Origin: Eledone cirrhosa
Lineage: Eukaryota
DNA length: 64,000 nt
NCBI GenBank assembly: GCA_964016885.1
Contig: OZ024765.1
Coordinates: forward strand, 15,314,001 to 15,378,000
Direction: 5' to 3'
Each line of letters opens with the position of its first letter. The first letter of the stretch is position 1. The position numbers and the translations under genes are program-made. Of the stretch, positions 42,010-60,938 are shown in pieces. A model generated the notes under the pieces. The model saw only the letters and a list, made by a program, of their open reading frames with translations, was not told the origin of the DNA and made no database searches.

Positions 42010-42635
42010 TTAAACTTCCGATTTCTTTTCCGGGTCAATCTAAAATTCGTACATTTCCGATTTCTTTGCCAGTGTCAATTATACCTTCATTCACTTCCGG
42101 TTTTCTTTCCAGGGTCAATTTAAACTTTTCGCTTCCAGTTTCTTTTCCGGGGTCAATTTAAACATCGTTCACTCCCAGTTTCTTTTCCGCGGTCAATTTA
42201 ACCTTCGTTCATTTCCGGTTTCTTTTCCGCGGTCAATTTAACATTCGTTCACTTCCGGTTTCTTTTCCGCGGTCAATTTAACATTCGTTCACTTCCGGTT
42301 TCTTTTCTGGGGGTCAATTTACCCTTCGTACATTTCCGATTTCTTTTCCGGGGTCAATTTAACCTTCGTAAACTTTCGGTTTCTCTTCCGTTGTTATTTT
42401 AACCTTCGTACATTTCCGGTGTCAATTTTACTTTCATTTACATCCGGTTTCCTTTCCGGGGTGAATTTAGAGTTCGTTCATTTCCAGTTTCTTTTTAATC
42501 TTCGTTCACTTCCGGTTTCTGTTTCAGGGTCAATTTAACCTTCATTCACATCCGGTTTCTGTTCCAGGGTCAATTTAACCTTTATTCACTTCCGGTTTCT
42601 GTTACCGGGTCAATTTAACCTTCCTTCACTTCCGC
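42010..42635. repeat. ~40-bp minisatellite, ~15 copies
   Basis: cacttccggtttcttttccgcggtcaatttaacattcgtt. Confidence 0.9.
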
Positions 42636-42899
42636 TCCTCATTATAATGTTGACTTAGCATCATTCTTCTACTTCCGGGAGTCAATAGGAGATAAAACTA
42701 CAAAGAAGGACATAATCGATATCGAACATAATCTTTGATCTTTTCGGGGTTATTGGGATTTTGGAGAGGAAGGGTGGGTGAGGAAGTGGGGGAGTTGTCT
42801 CCTCCTCCGCTTCCACCCCCTCCTCCTCCTTCGGGGTCATTTTACCCCCCAAAATCCTTATTTGATTTCAAATCGTTTTCATTTTATCATCCGACAAAC

Positions 42900-44160
42900 T
42901 CTCCTCCCCTTCTCTGCCCCCTCTACATCATTGTCATCCACATACTCCTGCCTTCCCCTTCCTTCTTCCCCCTCCTTCTACTCTTCCTCCCTTCCGCTTC
43001 CTACTCCACCTTTTCCTCATAGTCCTCTCCCTCCTGCTCCACATCATCATCATTATCTTCTTCCACCAGCGCCACCCCCATCCACATTTCCTTCTTGCTC
43101 CACCTTTTTCTCTCGCTGCTCCTCCTCCTCCATCATCATCATTATCCCTCTCCACCTACCCCTCTCATCTCTCCTCCTCCTCATCATCATCATTCTCTCC
43201 TCTCCCATCCTCCTCCTCCTCTCCCTCTCCTCTTCCTCCCACCATCCTCCTCTCCCTCTCCTTCAACGCCCCCACCCCCTCCTCCTCGACGTTGTCATCG
43301 CAACTATTTACTGTGTCATCACATTCGCCATCTGTAAATTAACCCATTTCTTCAGAAGCGGCTTCTTCTTCTTTTTCTTTTTCTTTTTCTTTTTCTTTTT
43401 CTTTTTCTTTGTTTTCTTCTTTTTCTCCTTCCTCTTTTTCTCAATCCCCTTCCCGTTCTTCTTCTGTTTCTTTTTCTTTTTCTTCTCCTTTTTCTTCTCC
43501 TTTTTCTTCTCCTTTTTCTTCTTTTTCTTCATCTTCTTCTTCGCTTTCTTCGCCTTTTTCTTTTTCTTCTTATTTTTCTTCTTCTTTTTTCTTCTTCTTT
43601 TTCTTCTTCTTCTTCGCCTTCTTCTTTTTCTTGTTCTTCTTTTCCTTCTATTTCTTCATATTCTTTTTTTCTTCTTGTTCTTCTTCTTCTTCTTCTTGTT
43701 CTTCTTCTTCTTCTTCTTCTTCTTCTTCTTCTTCTCGTTCGTTTGTTCCCCCTTCCTCTCCTCTCCTCCTCCTACTCTTTCAAAGGAAAGAAATGTGAAG
43801 TGAAAAAAAGAAAGAAATAGGATGAGAAAGAATAAATTCTCCTTCTCATCCACCACGTAATTGTATTTTTCTTTTTCTTCTTCGTCTTTTCTTTTCGTTC
43901 ACCTTCTTCTTCTCTTTTCTCCTTCTTTCTTCTTCGTCTTTTCTTCTTCTTCTTCTTCTTCTTCTTCTTCTTCTTCTTCTTCTTCTTCTTCTCTTTTCGT
44001 TCTTCTTTTTATTCTTCTTCTTTTTCCTTCTTCCTTTTCATTTTTCATTCTTCTCCTCCTCCTCCTCCTCCACCGTCCACCATCATCCCTCTCCTTCCAT
44101 AACCACCCACCACCCGATGTCCATCACCCTTAATCTCAAACCCTCTCCCTCTCTCTAGCT
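42900..44160. repeat. Polypyrimidine low-complexity tract ((CCT)n,(CTT)n)
   Basis: Directly visible. Confidence 0.9.
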
Positions 44161-44437
44161 ATTAATTCTTCTTTTAAAATATAATCGAAAATATTTAACA
44201 AGGGAAATTAATTCCATTGAAAACTAAAAGCATTTATTCCCAAAATATCAACATAATCAATACAAAATATATTGGAAAGGACGGAGTGTGTAGAAACACA
44301 CACACGTACACACATACACATAAACATACACACGCAAAATGTCTTTCTCTCTCTCTCTGTATATATATATATAACTAGTTATATATATATATATATAAAT
44401 ATATATATATATAAATATTTATACATATATATATATG

Positions 44438-44520
<83 letters not shown>

Positions 44521-44673
44521 ATATATATATAAATATTTATACATGTATATATGTGCAACTATATATATATGTATATATATATGTATATATATGTATATAT
44601 ATATGTATATATATATAAATGTATATATATATGTATATATATATGTATATATATATGTATATATATATACATG

Positions 44674-44704
<31 letters not shown>

Positions 44705-44767
44705 GTATATATATATATATACATGTATATATATATACATGTATATATATATACATGTATATATATA

Positions 44768-44835
44768 TGATGGCTGCCCCCTCGTTATCGAGTATGGCCA
44801 TTGCACAATAAAAAAAAAAAAAAAAAAAAAAAAAA

Positions 44836-44887
<52 letters not shown>

Positions 44888-44966
44888 GCAATAATAATAA
44901 TAACGACAACAACAATAATAATATACATATTCATATATATATACACACACACGCACGCACATAAGC

Positions 44967-45006
<40 letters not shown>

Positions 45007-48000
45007 GATAGCAACTAACAGTGCTGCGATCGAATGTGGCTTTTTAGCCCAGCCAATGATCCAAAATGTCTTGCACAGAGTCGGCAACCAAAACATTTAC
45101 TGGGAATAGTCGGCTGTGGTTGGAGTTCGTGTACTTTTGCATGTCGCTTGAGTCCTCCTGCTGATTTACATTCTCTACCACATGTTTGGCAAGCATGATG
45201 AGTAGCATCTCCAACAGCAGCCTGGTAGTCAACCACTGGTCTTACTTTATGACTGCGAAGATGACTTTCGAGTCCAGCTTTGCTTAGGCAGAGTCTCGCA
45301 CAGACGCTGCATGTCAGAAACATAGGAGGACCCTCGCCGTCTGGAAGTGCAACAGCAATACCCTTCCTCACGTCCCGCTTTACTTTCTCGTGTGCGATTC
45401 GAGATGCCTCAAAGGCAACTTTTCCCTCATATACAGTCTTTCTCCATTTATTACGATCAGCAGCAATATTTTCCCATGTATCAGCAGAGATGTTAGCGTC
45501 TTTCAGAGAGGCCTTCAAGGAATCCTTATACCTCTTTTTTGGTTTATGTGGCGGTCGTTTTCCTTTAACCAACTCTCCATAGAAGAGTTGTTTTGGTATT
45601 CTAGAATCCTTCATCCTGGCAAGGTGACCACTCCAACGGAGTCGCTGCTTAAGCACAAGAGCTTCTATACTGTCACACATAGAGCTTTCCAAAATCTCGA
45701 CATCACTGATGTGGTCCCTCCAGCGAACGCCATGTATCCGTCTGAGACACATCTGATGGAAACGCTCCAATTGCTTAAGGTGGCGTCGATATGTGACCCA
45801 GGTCTCGCAGGCATAAAGAAGACAAGAGAGTACACATGCCCTGTACACCCTTACCTTTGTCCTCCTGCATATGTCTCGCCGACCCCAGAGTCGCCTTTCT
45901 AGCTTTCCGAAAGCATCACTTGCTTTCCTAATCCTAAGTGAGATTTCACTGTCAAGGTTGCCGTATCGATTGACAGTGCTTCCCAGGTAGACAAACTGAT
46001 CAACCACTCCAAGTCGTCTGCCATACACATAGATGTTTGGTTCAGTGTACTGCCTACCAGGTGCAGGTTGGTACATGACGACGGTTTTCTTGAGACTGAC
46101 AGTCAAACCCAGGGCAGTGCAAGCGTCAGAAAATACATTCAAAATGTGCTGCATATCACTCTCTGTGTGCGCTACAAGATCGCAATCATCTGCATACAAG
46201 AGGTCTCTTATGACTGATGTAAATACTTTTGTCTTCGCAGCAAAGCGCCTGATGTTAAATATGCTGCCTGAGGTTCGATATCGGATGTAAACACCATGCT
46301 CGCAATTCCTGAATGCAATACAGAAAACCATTGCAAAGTATATGGCAAACAGGGTCGGTGCTGGAATATCCCCCTGTTTCACTCCATTTTTTACTGAGAT
46401 AGGCTCCGACATGTTACCTCCGACATTAACCCAAGCCTTCATGTCGTCATGGAAAGACCTAACTAAAGCAAGGAACTTATCAGGGCAACCAAGTTTCTGG
46501 AGAACCTTCCATAATGCATCTCTGTTGACAGTATCGAAAGCCTTTGTCAGATCGACAAAAACCTGATACAGATCCAAGCCCTGTTCAATGCACTTCTCCT
46601 GGAGCTGTCTAGCTGAGAAGATCATATCAGTAGTGCCGCGTCCAACACGAAAACCAGATTGACTTTCAGGAAGGACACAATCTGCAATGTGTGTCAGCAG
46701 ACGGTCCAGAAGCACCCTACATAAAACTTTCCCCACGACAGAAAGCAATGATATACCTCTGTAGTTCCCACAATCATTCCTGTTACCCTTTCCCTTGTAC
46801 AAGACCACCATTACTGCATCTCTCCAGTCCTCAGGCACGGATTCATTAGCCCATATCCCTCCAAACAGAGAGTGAAGATGTTGCAGGAGTCTCTCACCAC
46901 CATATTGTAGGAGCTCAGCACGTATGCCATCCATACCTGGAGATCTTCCACTGTTCAGCTTCGAAATAGCCACTGCAACCTCCACAAGTGTCGGAGGCTC
47001 TGCGAGAGCTACTTTCACAGGACTTTCCGGAATGAGATTGAGGAAATCTTCACTGACGACAGACGGCTGATTCAAAAGATCATCAAAGTGCTCCCGCCAC
47101 CTTCGTAGAATTCCCTGTGAGTCACGAAGAAGTTCTTTGCCATCCCTGCCGCGAATCGGTGTCACCAGAGAAGAAGACGGTCCATAAACCTCACGCAAGA
47201 GACTGTACAACAGCTTTGTGTTATTGCAATCAGACGCAGTTTGTATCTCACCAGCCTTCTCACTCCACCACTGATCCTTCATCTGAGAAAGACTCCGCCT
47301 AACACGTGATTTTACATCCCTGAGCTCCTCATGCAACGTATTCCTCTCCTGTGGTCTTGCCGTCAAGTAGCGTGACAGAGCGCGCCTCTTATCAGCCAAC
47401 AAGTCATCTATATGCACATCTTTCTCATTAAACCAGTCCTGATGTTTTCTCTGCACCAATCCCAGAACACGTCTGCCTACATCATAAACCGACTTTTTAA
47501 GGGTCGGCCAATCCTCACCAAGATCTGCAGCCTGCATCTCTTCTTCCAATGTCCTCTTCACATTTTTATCCTTAAGACGAGCAGCATTCAATCTTTTGGG
47601 CAGGGTAACACCAGGAGCCCGGATTTTACGTTTGGTGATTAGATTCACTTTTGCGCGTACCAGGCGGTGGTCCGTCCAGCACTCAGCTCCACGAAGAACA
47701 CGAACACACCGCACATCCTGTCTGTCACGCATCCTGACTAGGACGTAGTCCAAAAGATGCCATTCCTTAGATGCAGGATGCATCCATGTGGTCTTGAATT
47801 TGTTCTTTTGTTGGAACATGGTGTTGGTAACACACAGATCCAGCTCCTCACACATCTGCAGCAAGAGCATACCATTGCTGTTACACTTTCCCACCCCATG
47901 CCTTCCGATTACATTCCATGTGTTAAAATCCCTACCCACTCTAGCATTAAAGTCACCAAGCACGATGACTTTGTCTGCCTGAGGGATATTTCTTAAAACA

Positions 48001-48569
48001 CCTTTCAAGGCATGGTAAAAGGACAGTTTTTCTTCATCGACAGAATTCATAGTTGGAGCATACACACTCACCAGGGTAGCATATCTTCCCTTGTCCAGCG
48101 GAACTCTCATGGACATAAGACGCTCACTAATCCCCACTGGGAATTCTTCCAATTTATTCACCAGTACAGTCTTAACAGCAAATCCCACCCCAGCCTCTCT
48201 TCTGGTTCCTTCATCTCTTCCTTTCCAGAAGAATGTATATTCTCCACAAAATTCCGTAAGATGACCATCTCCAGCTAACCTCGTCTCAGACAAAGCCACG
48301 ATGTCAAGATCGTAACGTCGAAGCTCCTTCGCAACAAGAGCGGTCCTTCGTTCAGGACGCTCCAAAGAATCCCTGTCAAGCAGCGTCCGTACGTTCCAGC
48401 AGCCAAGACTAAATGCCCTGTTTGGCTCTATTACAATGGCACGATGACGGGCGGGCCCAGGTTGTGATAACTTGGGGCCCCTGCCCTTATTGCCAATGAT
48501 CTTTTTTGTTCCAGAACCCAAATTGGCAATTATCTCGTTTACATTGTTCTGGAACATCATTGAATTGGG

Positions 48570-48608
<39 letters not shown>

Positions 48609-48935
48609 TAATAATAGTAATAACAATAATAATAATAATAATAATACTACACTATTAATAATTATTAATGCACTCGTGCAATGCCTGTGCGTGACGAATA
48701 TTTTTAAAGTGAGGAAAGACTGTGCACTGAACCAATCCCACTCTCTGAGCGACAGTAGCTATAACCCGAAAAGAAGAAAAGATCAACATCATCGGTAACT
48801 ACTGAGCCGCAGGTTTTATATCGGAGTTAACCCAGTTTCCTGAGATGCCTTCTCCTAGAAGAATACCCTGACATGGGCTAGGGGTTCTTCACTCCCAGTG
48901 GTTTAACTGCGCGATCGGGCATCCAGCCCGATTAT
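44768..48935 (-). mobile_element. Apparently near full-length RTE-clade LINE
   Basis: Leader 48670-48935, single intact ORF, and 3' terminus tggccatactcgataacgagggggcagccatc at 44768-44800 matching the end of the short derivatives. No TSD recognised. Confidence 0.85.
45015..48560 (-). CDS. RTE LINE polyprotein (1181 aa from first ATG): APE endonuclease, reverse transcriptase, 3 C2H2 zinc fingers
   Basis: WNVRTL, LSETR, LGDFNA, LDYVL, TDHRLV (APE); [35 protein letters not shown] (RT); three CxxC..HxxxH fingers at the C-terminus. The track start at 48626 lies in a simple repeat. Confidence 0.95.
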   Translation of the reverse strand: MMFQNNVNEIIANLGSGTKKIIGNKGRGPKLSQPGPARHRAIVIEPNRAFSLGCWNVRTLLDRDSLERPERRTALVAKELRRYDLDIVALSETRLAGDGHLTEFCGEYTFFWKGRDEGTRREAGVGFAVKTVLVNKLEEFPVGISERLMSMRVPLDKGRYATLVSVYAPTMNSVDEEKLSFYHALKGVLRNIPQADKVIVLGDFNARVGRDFNTWNVIGRHGVGKCNSNGMLLLQMCEELDLCVTNTMFQQKNKFKTTWMHPASKEWHLLDYVLVRMRDRQDVRCVRVLRGAECWTDHRLVRAKVNLITKRKIRAPGVTLPKRLNAARLKDKNVKRTLEEEMQAADLGEDWPTLKKSVYDVGRRVLGLVQRKHQDWFNEKDVHIDDLLADKRRALSRYLTARPQERNTLHEELRDVKSRVRRSLSQMKDQWWSEKAGEIQTASDCNNTKLLYSLLREVYGPSSSLVTPIRGRDGKELLRDSQGILRRWREHFDDLLNQPSVVSEDFLNLIPESPVKVALAEPPTLVEVAVAISKLNSGRSPGMDGIRAELLQYGGERLLQHLHSLFGGIWANESVPEDWRDAVMVVLYKGKGNRNDCGNYRGISLLSVVGKVLCRVLLDRLLTHIADCVLPESQSGFRVGRGTTDMIFSARQLQEKCIEQGLDLYQVFVDLTKAFDTVNRDALWKVLQKLGCPDKFLALVRSFHDDMKAWVNVGGNMSEPISVKNGVKQGDIPAPTLFAIYFAMVFCIAFRNCEHGVYIRYRTSGSIFNIRRFAAKTKVFTSVIRDLLYADDCDLVAHTESDMQHILNVFSDACTALGLTVSLKKTVVMYQPAPGRQYTEPNIYVYGRRLGVVDQFVYLGSTVNRYGNLDSEISLRIRKASDAFGKLERRLWGRRDICRRTKVRVYRACVLSCLLYACETWVTYRRHLKQLERFHQMCLRRIHGVRWRDHISDVEILESSMCDSIEALVLKQRLRWSGHLARMKDSRIPKQLFYGELVKGKRPPHKPKKRYKDSLKASLKDANISADTWENIAADRNKWRKTVYEGKVAFEASRIAHEKVKRDVRKGIAVALPDGEGPPMFLTCSVCARLCLSKAGLESHLRSHKVRPVVDYQAAVGDATHHACQTCGRECKSAGGLKRHAKVHELQPQPTIPSKCFGCRLCARHFGSLAGLKSHIRSQHC

Positions 48936-48949
48936 TTCTATGTCCCCGC

Positions 48950-48992
<43 letters not shown>

Positions 48993-49108
48993 ACTTATTG
49001 ACACTTATACGTACGACATACATATGTATATATATGTATATATATATATATGTATATATATGTATATATATATATATGTATATATATATATGTATATATA
49101 TATATATG

Positions 49109-49164
<56 letters not shown>

Positions 49165-49168
<4 letters not shown>

Positions 49169-49463
49169 AACGAGTAGGACCCCGACGGCTGAGCTCAAGC
49201 CGTTTCGACGGCTAATTCTGGACTAAATGAACATTTTTATCCTGGTAAATGAATAGCCGAGCTTCTCAGGGAGTAATATTCGATATATGGTAAAAGTGAT
49301 TGTCACAAGGATTGGACACAAGTTTGTTGTTGTGACACATAATTCTATCATGGCATTAGCCGTCGGGCTCCTACTCGTTACTATTACCAACTCTACTACC
49401 CTAAGTATTGAGTACTTTGGTGCCTTATGGTCCATCTGGTTCCGTAACACATTTCCCTTGTTA
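49165..49463 (+). mobile_element. Family A element with ~130 bp foreign or extended loop
   Basis: Family A termini; the central part is replaced by unrelated sequence at 49224-49355. Confidence 0.75.
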
Positions 49464-50009
49464 TATATATATATATATATATATAATATGTTGAAAAGGT
49501 AACACACTAGAAACAGATACAGTGCGCCATCAATAAAACAGGGAAAAACCACCAGTGTATGGAATCTATAACCTATGAAAGGCAGAGTATATACACAATA
49601 ATTAAAAATATAAATTAAAGCGTAAATCAATATGGCGCATTCTATCTCTCTCTAGTGAGCCAACATATTGTATCTTAAAGTGCCCAGGATTTCCACTCCT
49701 TTGGGCACATTATTTACAGGGAACAGCGAGAGTCTATGGCTGCGTTAATGTATCGTGATATATATATATATGTAGTCTAACCAAGTTCTTTCGTTGCACA
49801 TCTGCAACTTCATCAGAGGTACTTTTATCATGTTTCCTCCTATTGTGTTGTATTGTATATCGACGGGTATTTCAGTCCAGAAATAGCCGTCGAACGGCTT
49901 GCGGTCTGCCGTCGGGGTTAAATTATTTCCTATTACCCACTCTACTACCCTAAATATTGAGTACTCTGGTGCGTTATGGTCCACCTGGTTCCTTACCACA
50001 CTTTCTTCG

Positions 50010-50060
<51 letters not shown>

Positions 50061-51029
50061 TACGTCTGTGTATGTATACATGTAGGGCTGTAACTGTGTA
50101 TGTATGTATGTATGTCTGTATGTCTGTATGTATTTATATATGTATAAATGCATTGGGATTGTATGTCTGTCTGTTCATGTTTCCTCATTATGAGTTTAAC
50201 TTGACAGTGCGCCTGCGCACGAACCGAGTTGCATATATCAGTGATTCCCATCGTGGAGAGTCGAACATATTTTAACAATCAAATGAAGCGGGAAAATTGC
50301 GATTTTGTGAAATTGATTTTATAAGAAATGAGAATTATATTTTAATAATTAATTTTTAGGTTGTATTGACGGGTGTCTAACTTCATGTACGAACGTGACC
50401 TGGCGGGTTGTGACCCGTCACACATCTCCCAATATAGAAACCTGCTAATCGCGTGCTGCATCACTACCTCCATTGTTGGATGAGCTGGCGGCAGTTAATC
50501 GACAGGGATTTGACTCCTGTCAACAAAAGTTGGGACGATGTATTGAGATATGGAAATGACCCTGGTGAATGGTGTACATAGGCTGACGCATGCGTTTCAC
50601 CATACGCGAGCTTCTAATTTTAATGTAATTATCTAAACGATTAGCATGTATGTACAAATAACCTGGGCATTGTGGGGTCGTCGGTGACTAAATCGGCAAC
50701 CACCCAATCAACCGGAAATTTATTGTGTACTGAACTGAAATCCAACAGATGCGTGAGTTTTATCGGCAGCATGACCTTCCCAAATTATAACAATATATAT
50801 ATATATATATATATATACAAATGGAAGTTCAGTAGAATCGAAGCTCTGGCTCCGGCCATGCTAACGGATGCAATCCGGAATGTGCAAAAAGCACTCAATA
50901 AAGTAGTTTTACCTTAGGGTTATAACATTACGTTTAGACAGCTTGACAAATTGAATATTGCGATCGGTAAGCCAGCCGCAAGGACCAAAGTAACGAGAAA
51001 ACCAACTCAATATATATATATATATATAT

Positions 51030-51250
51030 GGAAGAAATTGGTTTTACTCAAACCTGGAGAGGGATGGGCTAGGCTCCGCTAAGCTTAAAATACCCAAGAA
51101 AAGGCTTATGTCAATACATCGCCACTATCAATCTATCAGGAGTTATGCGACCATATATATATATGTATGGTCGAGTAAAATACGGCTTTTCTTGGGTAAT
51201 TTAAGCTTGGTGGAGGGTTACTCATCTCTCTTTGGATTTTAGTCTTCAAA
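51030..51250. repeat. TA-flanked diverged inverted repeat
   Basis: aagcttaaaatacccaagaaaagg / gcttttcttgggtaatttaagctt. Confidence 0.55.
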
Positions 51251-51260
51251 TTTATTATTA

Positions 51261-51299
<39 letters not shown>

Positions 51300-51309
51300 A
51301 TATATATAT

Positions 51310-51478
51310 TATTAGAAATGTTAGCTATCGTCAATACTCATCTTTTTCCATGTCTCCGAGGGTTCTTAACCCCACTATCAGGCTAAATAATTTCTTTAAT
51401 TGCTTTAGTCAAAATACGGCGATAGCTCACATTTCTAATAATTTCAAATCAACTCGCTGTTTCGAAAATATTCTTACT

Positions 51479-51480
<2 letters not shown>
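51310..51480. repeat. TA-flanked dispersed repeat, paralog of palindrome 63680-63915
   Basis: Shared cgtcaatactcatctttttccat..gagggttct.aacccca.tatcaggctaa. Confidence 0.75.
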
Positions 51481-51558
<78 letters not shown>

Positions 51559-51755
51559 GTGTGTGTGTGTGTGAGTGTAATAGTTTATATAATCTATATC
51601 CTATATCAGTCTCGCTCTGTCTCCCACCAGCTTCCCTTGAACATCAAAACATCTAAAACGGCAAAACAGGTTTCCAAATAATTCTAGAACTCCATCTGTG
51701 TAAAATATCCCAATTTTTTTTTTCATTTACAACACACAGGACATACAAACAAACA

Positions 51756-51792
<37 letters not shown>

Positions 51793-52069
51793 ACATTGGT
51801 TATATGGCTCACATACAAAAGTATTGAAATATGGCGGTGTTTACGTAAACAAGTGTTATATATAACAGTATTGTTTCTGGCATTAATTGAATATATGACA
51901 ATAAAAGGTCGCAGAAGCGGTTCTGTTTTTTTTTCTACATGTATATGTATCTTCATGGCATCTTTTGCTTACCCTTCTCTCTCCCCCTCTCTCTCCCTCC
52001 TCTCTCTATATCTCCCCCTCTCTCTCTCCCCCTGCTCTCTACCCCCGCTCTCTCCCCCTCTCTCTCTGT

Positions 52070-57030
<4,961 letters not shown>

Positions 57031-57922
57031 GTTTGTATATTCGTATACATGAAAACAGAGTCATAAACACTTACATATACACATCTCTCTAAACCCTTCC
57101 TTTCAGTAAATAATCCGTGTTGATGGACGCTCCTAATAAAACGTGCTTTAGAATCATTTGATAAAATTATGCATTACTCAAAATGGCTACCGTGATTCAA
57201 TAAACGGTCTGTAATCACGTGATCTCTTGTACTGCTGTGGTGTTGCGGTTGTTGTCGTTGCTGCTGTTGTTGTTGTTTCTGTTGCTCTTGTTTGCATTGT
57301 ATTGTATTATATAGTATTGCCAGGAATCGCCTCCTGTGGAACTTCTGCTTCATAAACACTCAATCCATACTTGGCCAATAGATTAACGCCGGTAGCATTG
57401 TCTATAGATGTAATAGGATCTTAATTACGAGAATGCAGGGTCGATTTCTGTGCCGAGCAGAGTGTTTGCTTTTTGAGTATCTTGCTAGAACTTACGTTGT
57501 TGCCGTTTATGGCAGGTCATTACATCATATTAAACACCAGACAAACCTGCATATTCTACTTCTTGTCGTGTCCACTAGAGTGTCAGTTACAAAGTTTGGC
57601 TATATGTGGTTCCACCATTGCTGACAACATTGCTACGTAGTCTGTGGTTCCATGCCGTGGTCACACGCAATGTCCCCATCCGTAGATAGAGTAAAGCCAC
57701 TATATATACACACTATATATATATACACTCTATATATACAGTATATACTCCTCACTAACCAACAGACAGGCAAAACATCACTATATGTAATAGATATATA
57801 AACACACACAAACATATATATATATATATATATAATATGCAACAGAGAGAGAAGACAACTATGTATAAAACTATATACATTATATACATACACAGAACTA
57901 AGCAAGAGATACAAAACTCCAC

Positions 57923-57954
<32 letters not shown>

Positions 57955-57957
57955 TAT

Positions 57958-58600
57958 CTAGGGCGGGTAAAATTCCCGAGATCCATGGACGAGTTCTCTC
58001 CAGCGGTCTCTGTCCCTCATTATCGCTGCAATGTCCTGCGACTCCAACACACCAGTGTCTGTCCTTAGGTCATCAACATATGTTAACCTTGGTCTTCTCC
58101 CTTCCAGTGGGTCCATGTAGGTGCTCCCACAGGAGCAGAGAGTGCAATGTCAACTATGGATGTCGGTGAGCATGTCCAGCTAATCTCAGTCTCCTGTGTC
58201 ACTTTTGAGCTGACTTTTGGGAGACTCCCATACATCTCTGAGTTTTTCATCCTCAGTGTATACTGATTAATGTTCAGAGCCATTCTCAGAATTCTCCTGT
58301 AGCACCCATCCACCATCTGAGTGAGTTTCTTGGTCAGTGTCCAAGTCTCAAACCCGTACAGCAACACAGACTGCACTACAGCAATGAAGAGGCGGATTTT
58401 CAGGTCTTTACGAAGGTCCGACTTCCACACCGATCTCAAGCTGTGGCACGCCGCCCAGGCTTTGCTCTTCCTCTCAACCACATCATCTTCCGTATTCCCA
58501 ATCTTTGCTCCCAAATACAGGAAGTCTTCAACCAATTCTAGCGGCTTCCCACCTACATTAGTGATCCCCTCTGGCTTCTCAACATTCTCTACCAGATATT
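57958..58600 (-). pseudogene. 5'-truncated RTE/RTEX-like LINE, 3' fragment
   Basis: LELVEDFLYLGA..KIRLFIAVVQSVLLYGFETWTLTK..DGCYRRILRMAL, then a frameshift and LAGH..GRGRPRLTYVD. Confidence 0.85.
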
Positions 58601-59540
58601 TTGACCAAAGGGTCATTAATGAGGTGGGTGAACGGACTTGCCTTCAGTCAGACCTACTGGCTGTTATCCAATGGGCAGAAAAGAATAATATGCTGTTGAA
58701 TGAGGATAAGTTTGAATTAATCCACTTTGGAAAAAAGGATGCCCTGAAACTACCATACTCTCTTCCTTCGGGTGAAACTCTCGTGGCATCCAACAACATC
58801 AGAGACCTGGGAGTAATTGTCGACAACAACATAAGCTGGGACACTCATATGAACAGGAAAGTTGATATGGCACGCAGAATGTGTTCCTGGATTCTCAGAA
58901 CTTTCCAGTTGAGAGATATCCACACTGTTATCCTTCTCTTCTCCACTTTTGCCCGACCCCACCTTGAATACTGTTGTCCAATGTGGTCTCCCCACAGGAA
59001 ATAAAGTATCTTTAAAGTTGAAGCACCCCAAATGTCAATTACAAAAAAGATAGATGGCATGACAAGCCTTGACTATTGGAGTCGATTAGAAAAGCTCAAC
59101 CTTTATTCTCTCCAACGTCGCCGTGAGCGCTACGTTATCTGCATGATATGGAAAATATTCCATTAGATTTGCCCAAATGATGTTGGCATCACCTTTAATG
59201 TACATCCAAGACTTGGGCCCCGTGCTATCCGCCCACAACAAAAATCTCACTCGCATCTCATAACAACAATACGGCACAATTATTTCACGTCAATTGCCTC
59301 TGCTCTCTTTAACATTACACCAAAACACATCAAAGCAGAAACAGACCCCATCAAGTTCAAGAAGTCTTTGGATAAATTCCTTCAAGAAATCCCGGATAAG
59401 CCTCCTACACCCGGATATGCCTCCGTAAACAATAACTCTCTGCTCGAGTGGGCCATGGTGCCCAAACTCTGATTTGTAAGACTTTGCCAGGTGGTGCTAT
59501 TAAGTTAGACATGGCCAATACTAGCTAAACCTATCAAAGT
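58601..59540 (+). pseudogene. 5'-truncated CR1-like LINE, 3' fragment
   Basis: LQSDLLAVIQWAEKNNMLLNEDKF..IRDLGVIVD..RPHLEYCCPMWSPH*..YWSRLEKLNLYSLQRRRERY; in-frame stops. Confidence 0.85.
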
Positions 59541-59554
59541 TATATATATGTATA

Positions 59555-59628
<74 letters not shown>

Positions 59629-59654
59629 CAGATATATACGTATACACGCACACA

Positions 59655-59731
<77 letters not shown>

Positions 59732-60142
59732 GAATGGGGTGGGTGGGTTACATGTTATCTCCCACAGACTCTAGTAAATTCCTCTTATGTCATTAATACT
59801 CTCTCCATTTTAACCAATAATGCTTTTAATTCTTCCATCCATTTACGCAACAAATTCTCTTTGACAAATGAACTTTCTTATTTATAGCTTCTGTTCTCGT
59901 CTTCCATATTGGAAAGACGTTCCATTATCTTGGACTGAAGCTGATTATGGAAGACATCCTATCTAATTCAATGTCTTTCGGAGGAGTCACTTTTTGTCTT
60001 TTTCGGTTTTCAGCCATCTTCAGATTTTAATTTAAGAGCGTGCACGCGGCTATATATGTATTACCTACGTACGAATCTATGTATATACATCAATAAGGGT
60101 GTATATTACTTAAGTGTGTGTGTGTGTATATATGTTTGAGTG

Positions 60143-60256
<114 letters not shown>

Positions 60257-60450
60257 TGTGTGTGTCTATGCGTTTGTATGTGTAAATATTGATATACGTA
60301 TATATATATATATATATAAACACGTATATATGTATGCATATATATATATATATATATTTATGCATATATATATATATATGTGTGTGTATTTATGTGTCTA
60401 TACATATGTGTGTGTTTGTGCGTGTGTGTATATATATATATAGATATACG

Positions 60451-60486
<36 letters not shown>

Positions 60487-60491
60487 TATAC

Positions 60492-60529
<38 letters not shown>

Positions 60530-60938
60530 TATCTATACACATCCACACATATAAATATATATATATTATACACATATATACACTCTTAAGTAATGGCTAC
60601 TAAGTAGCTAGTCTCTTTATACATCATCCTTTTTATATTAGCACACATTCACTATCAATTTAAATATATATATATAACTATGCTGTAATAATATATCCTG
60701 AATAGAACTTCTCGACTGGCTAGAAATAGCAATGTAATCCTGTATTAATTCAACAAATATTTCTGCTTTTAACATGTTGATGCTTACCAAGGATATATTT
60801 GATCACGTACTCTTAAATCTATTATGGACGTATTGTAAAGTACAGTGTGGTCTTATTTGGAATGTTTTAACATCATTCGGTTTACTAAATAGAATATTAG
60901 TCTACTTTATAGGTATATAAGTAAGAGAGGTTATATGA

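Noticed and set aside
48561-48626. N-terminal Leu/Phe extension of the RTE ORF
   Set aside because: Simple repeat with a non-ATG start; the first ATG is at 48560.
49772-49823. Minus-strand CTGATGA-a-gttgca/tgcaac-GAAA motif as an intact ribozyme
   Set aside because: Cleavage site and stem I do not form; counted only as a decayed remnant.
59750-60020. Minus-strand ATG in good context resembling a LINE ORF1 start
   Set aside because: Frameshifts and stops, and no recognisable motif.
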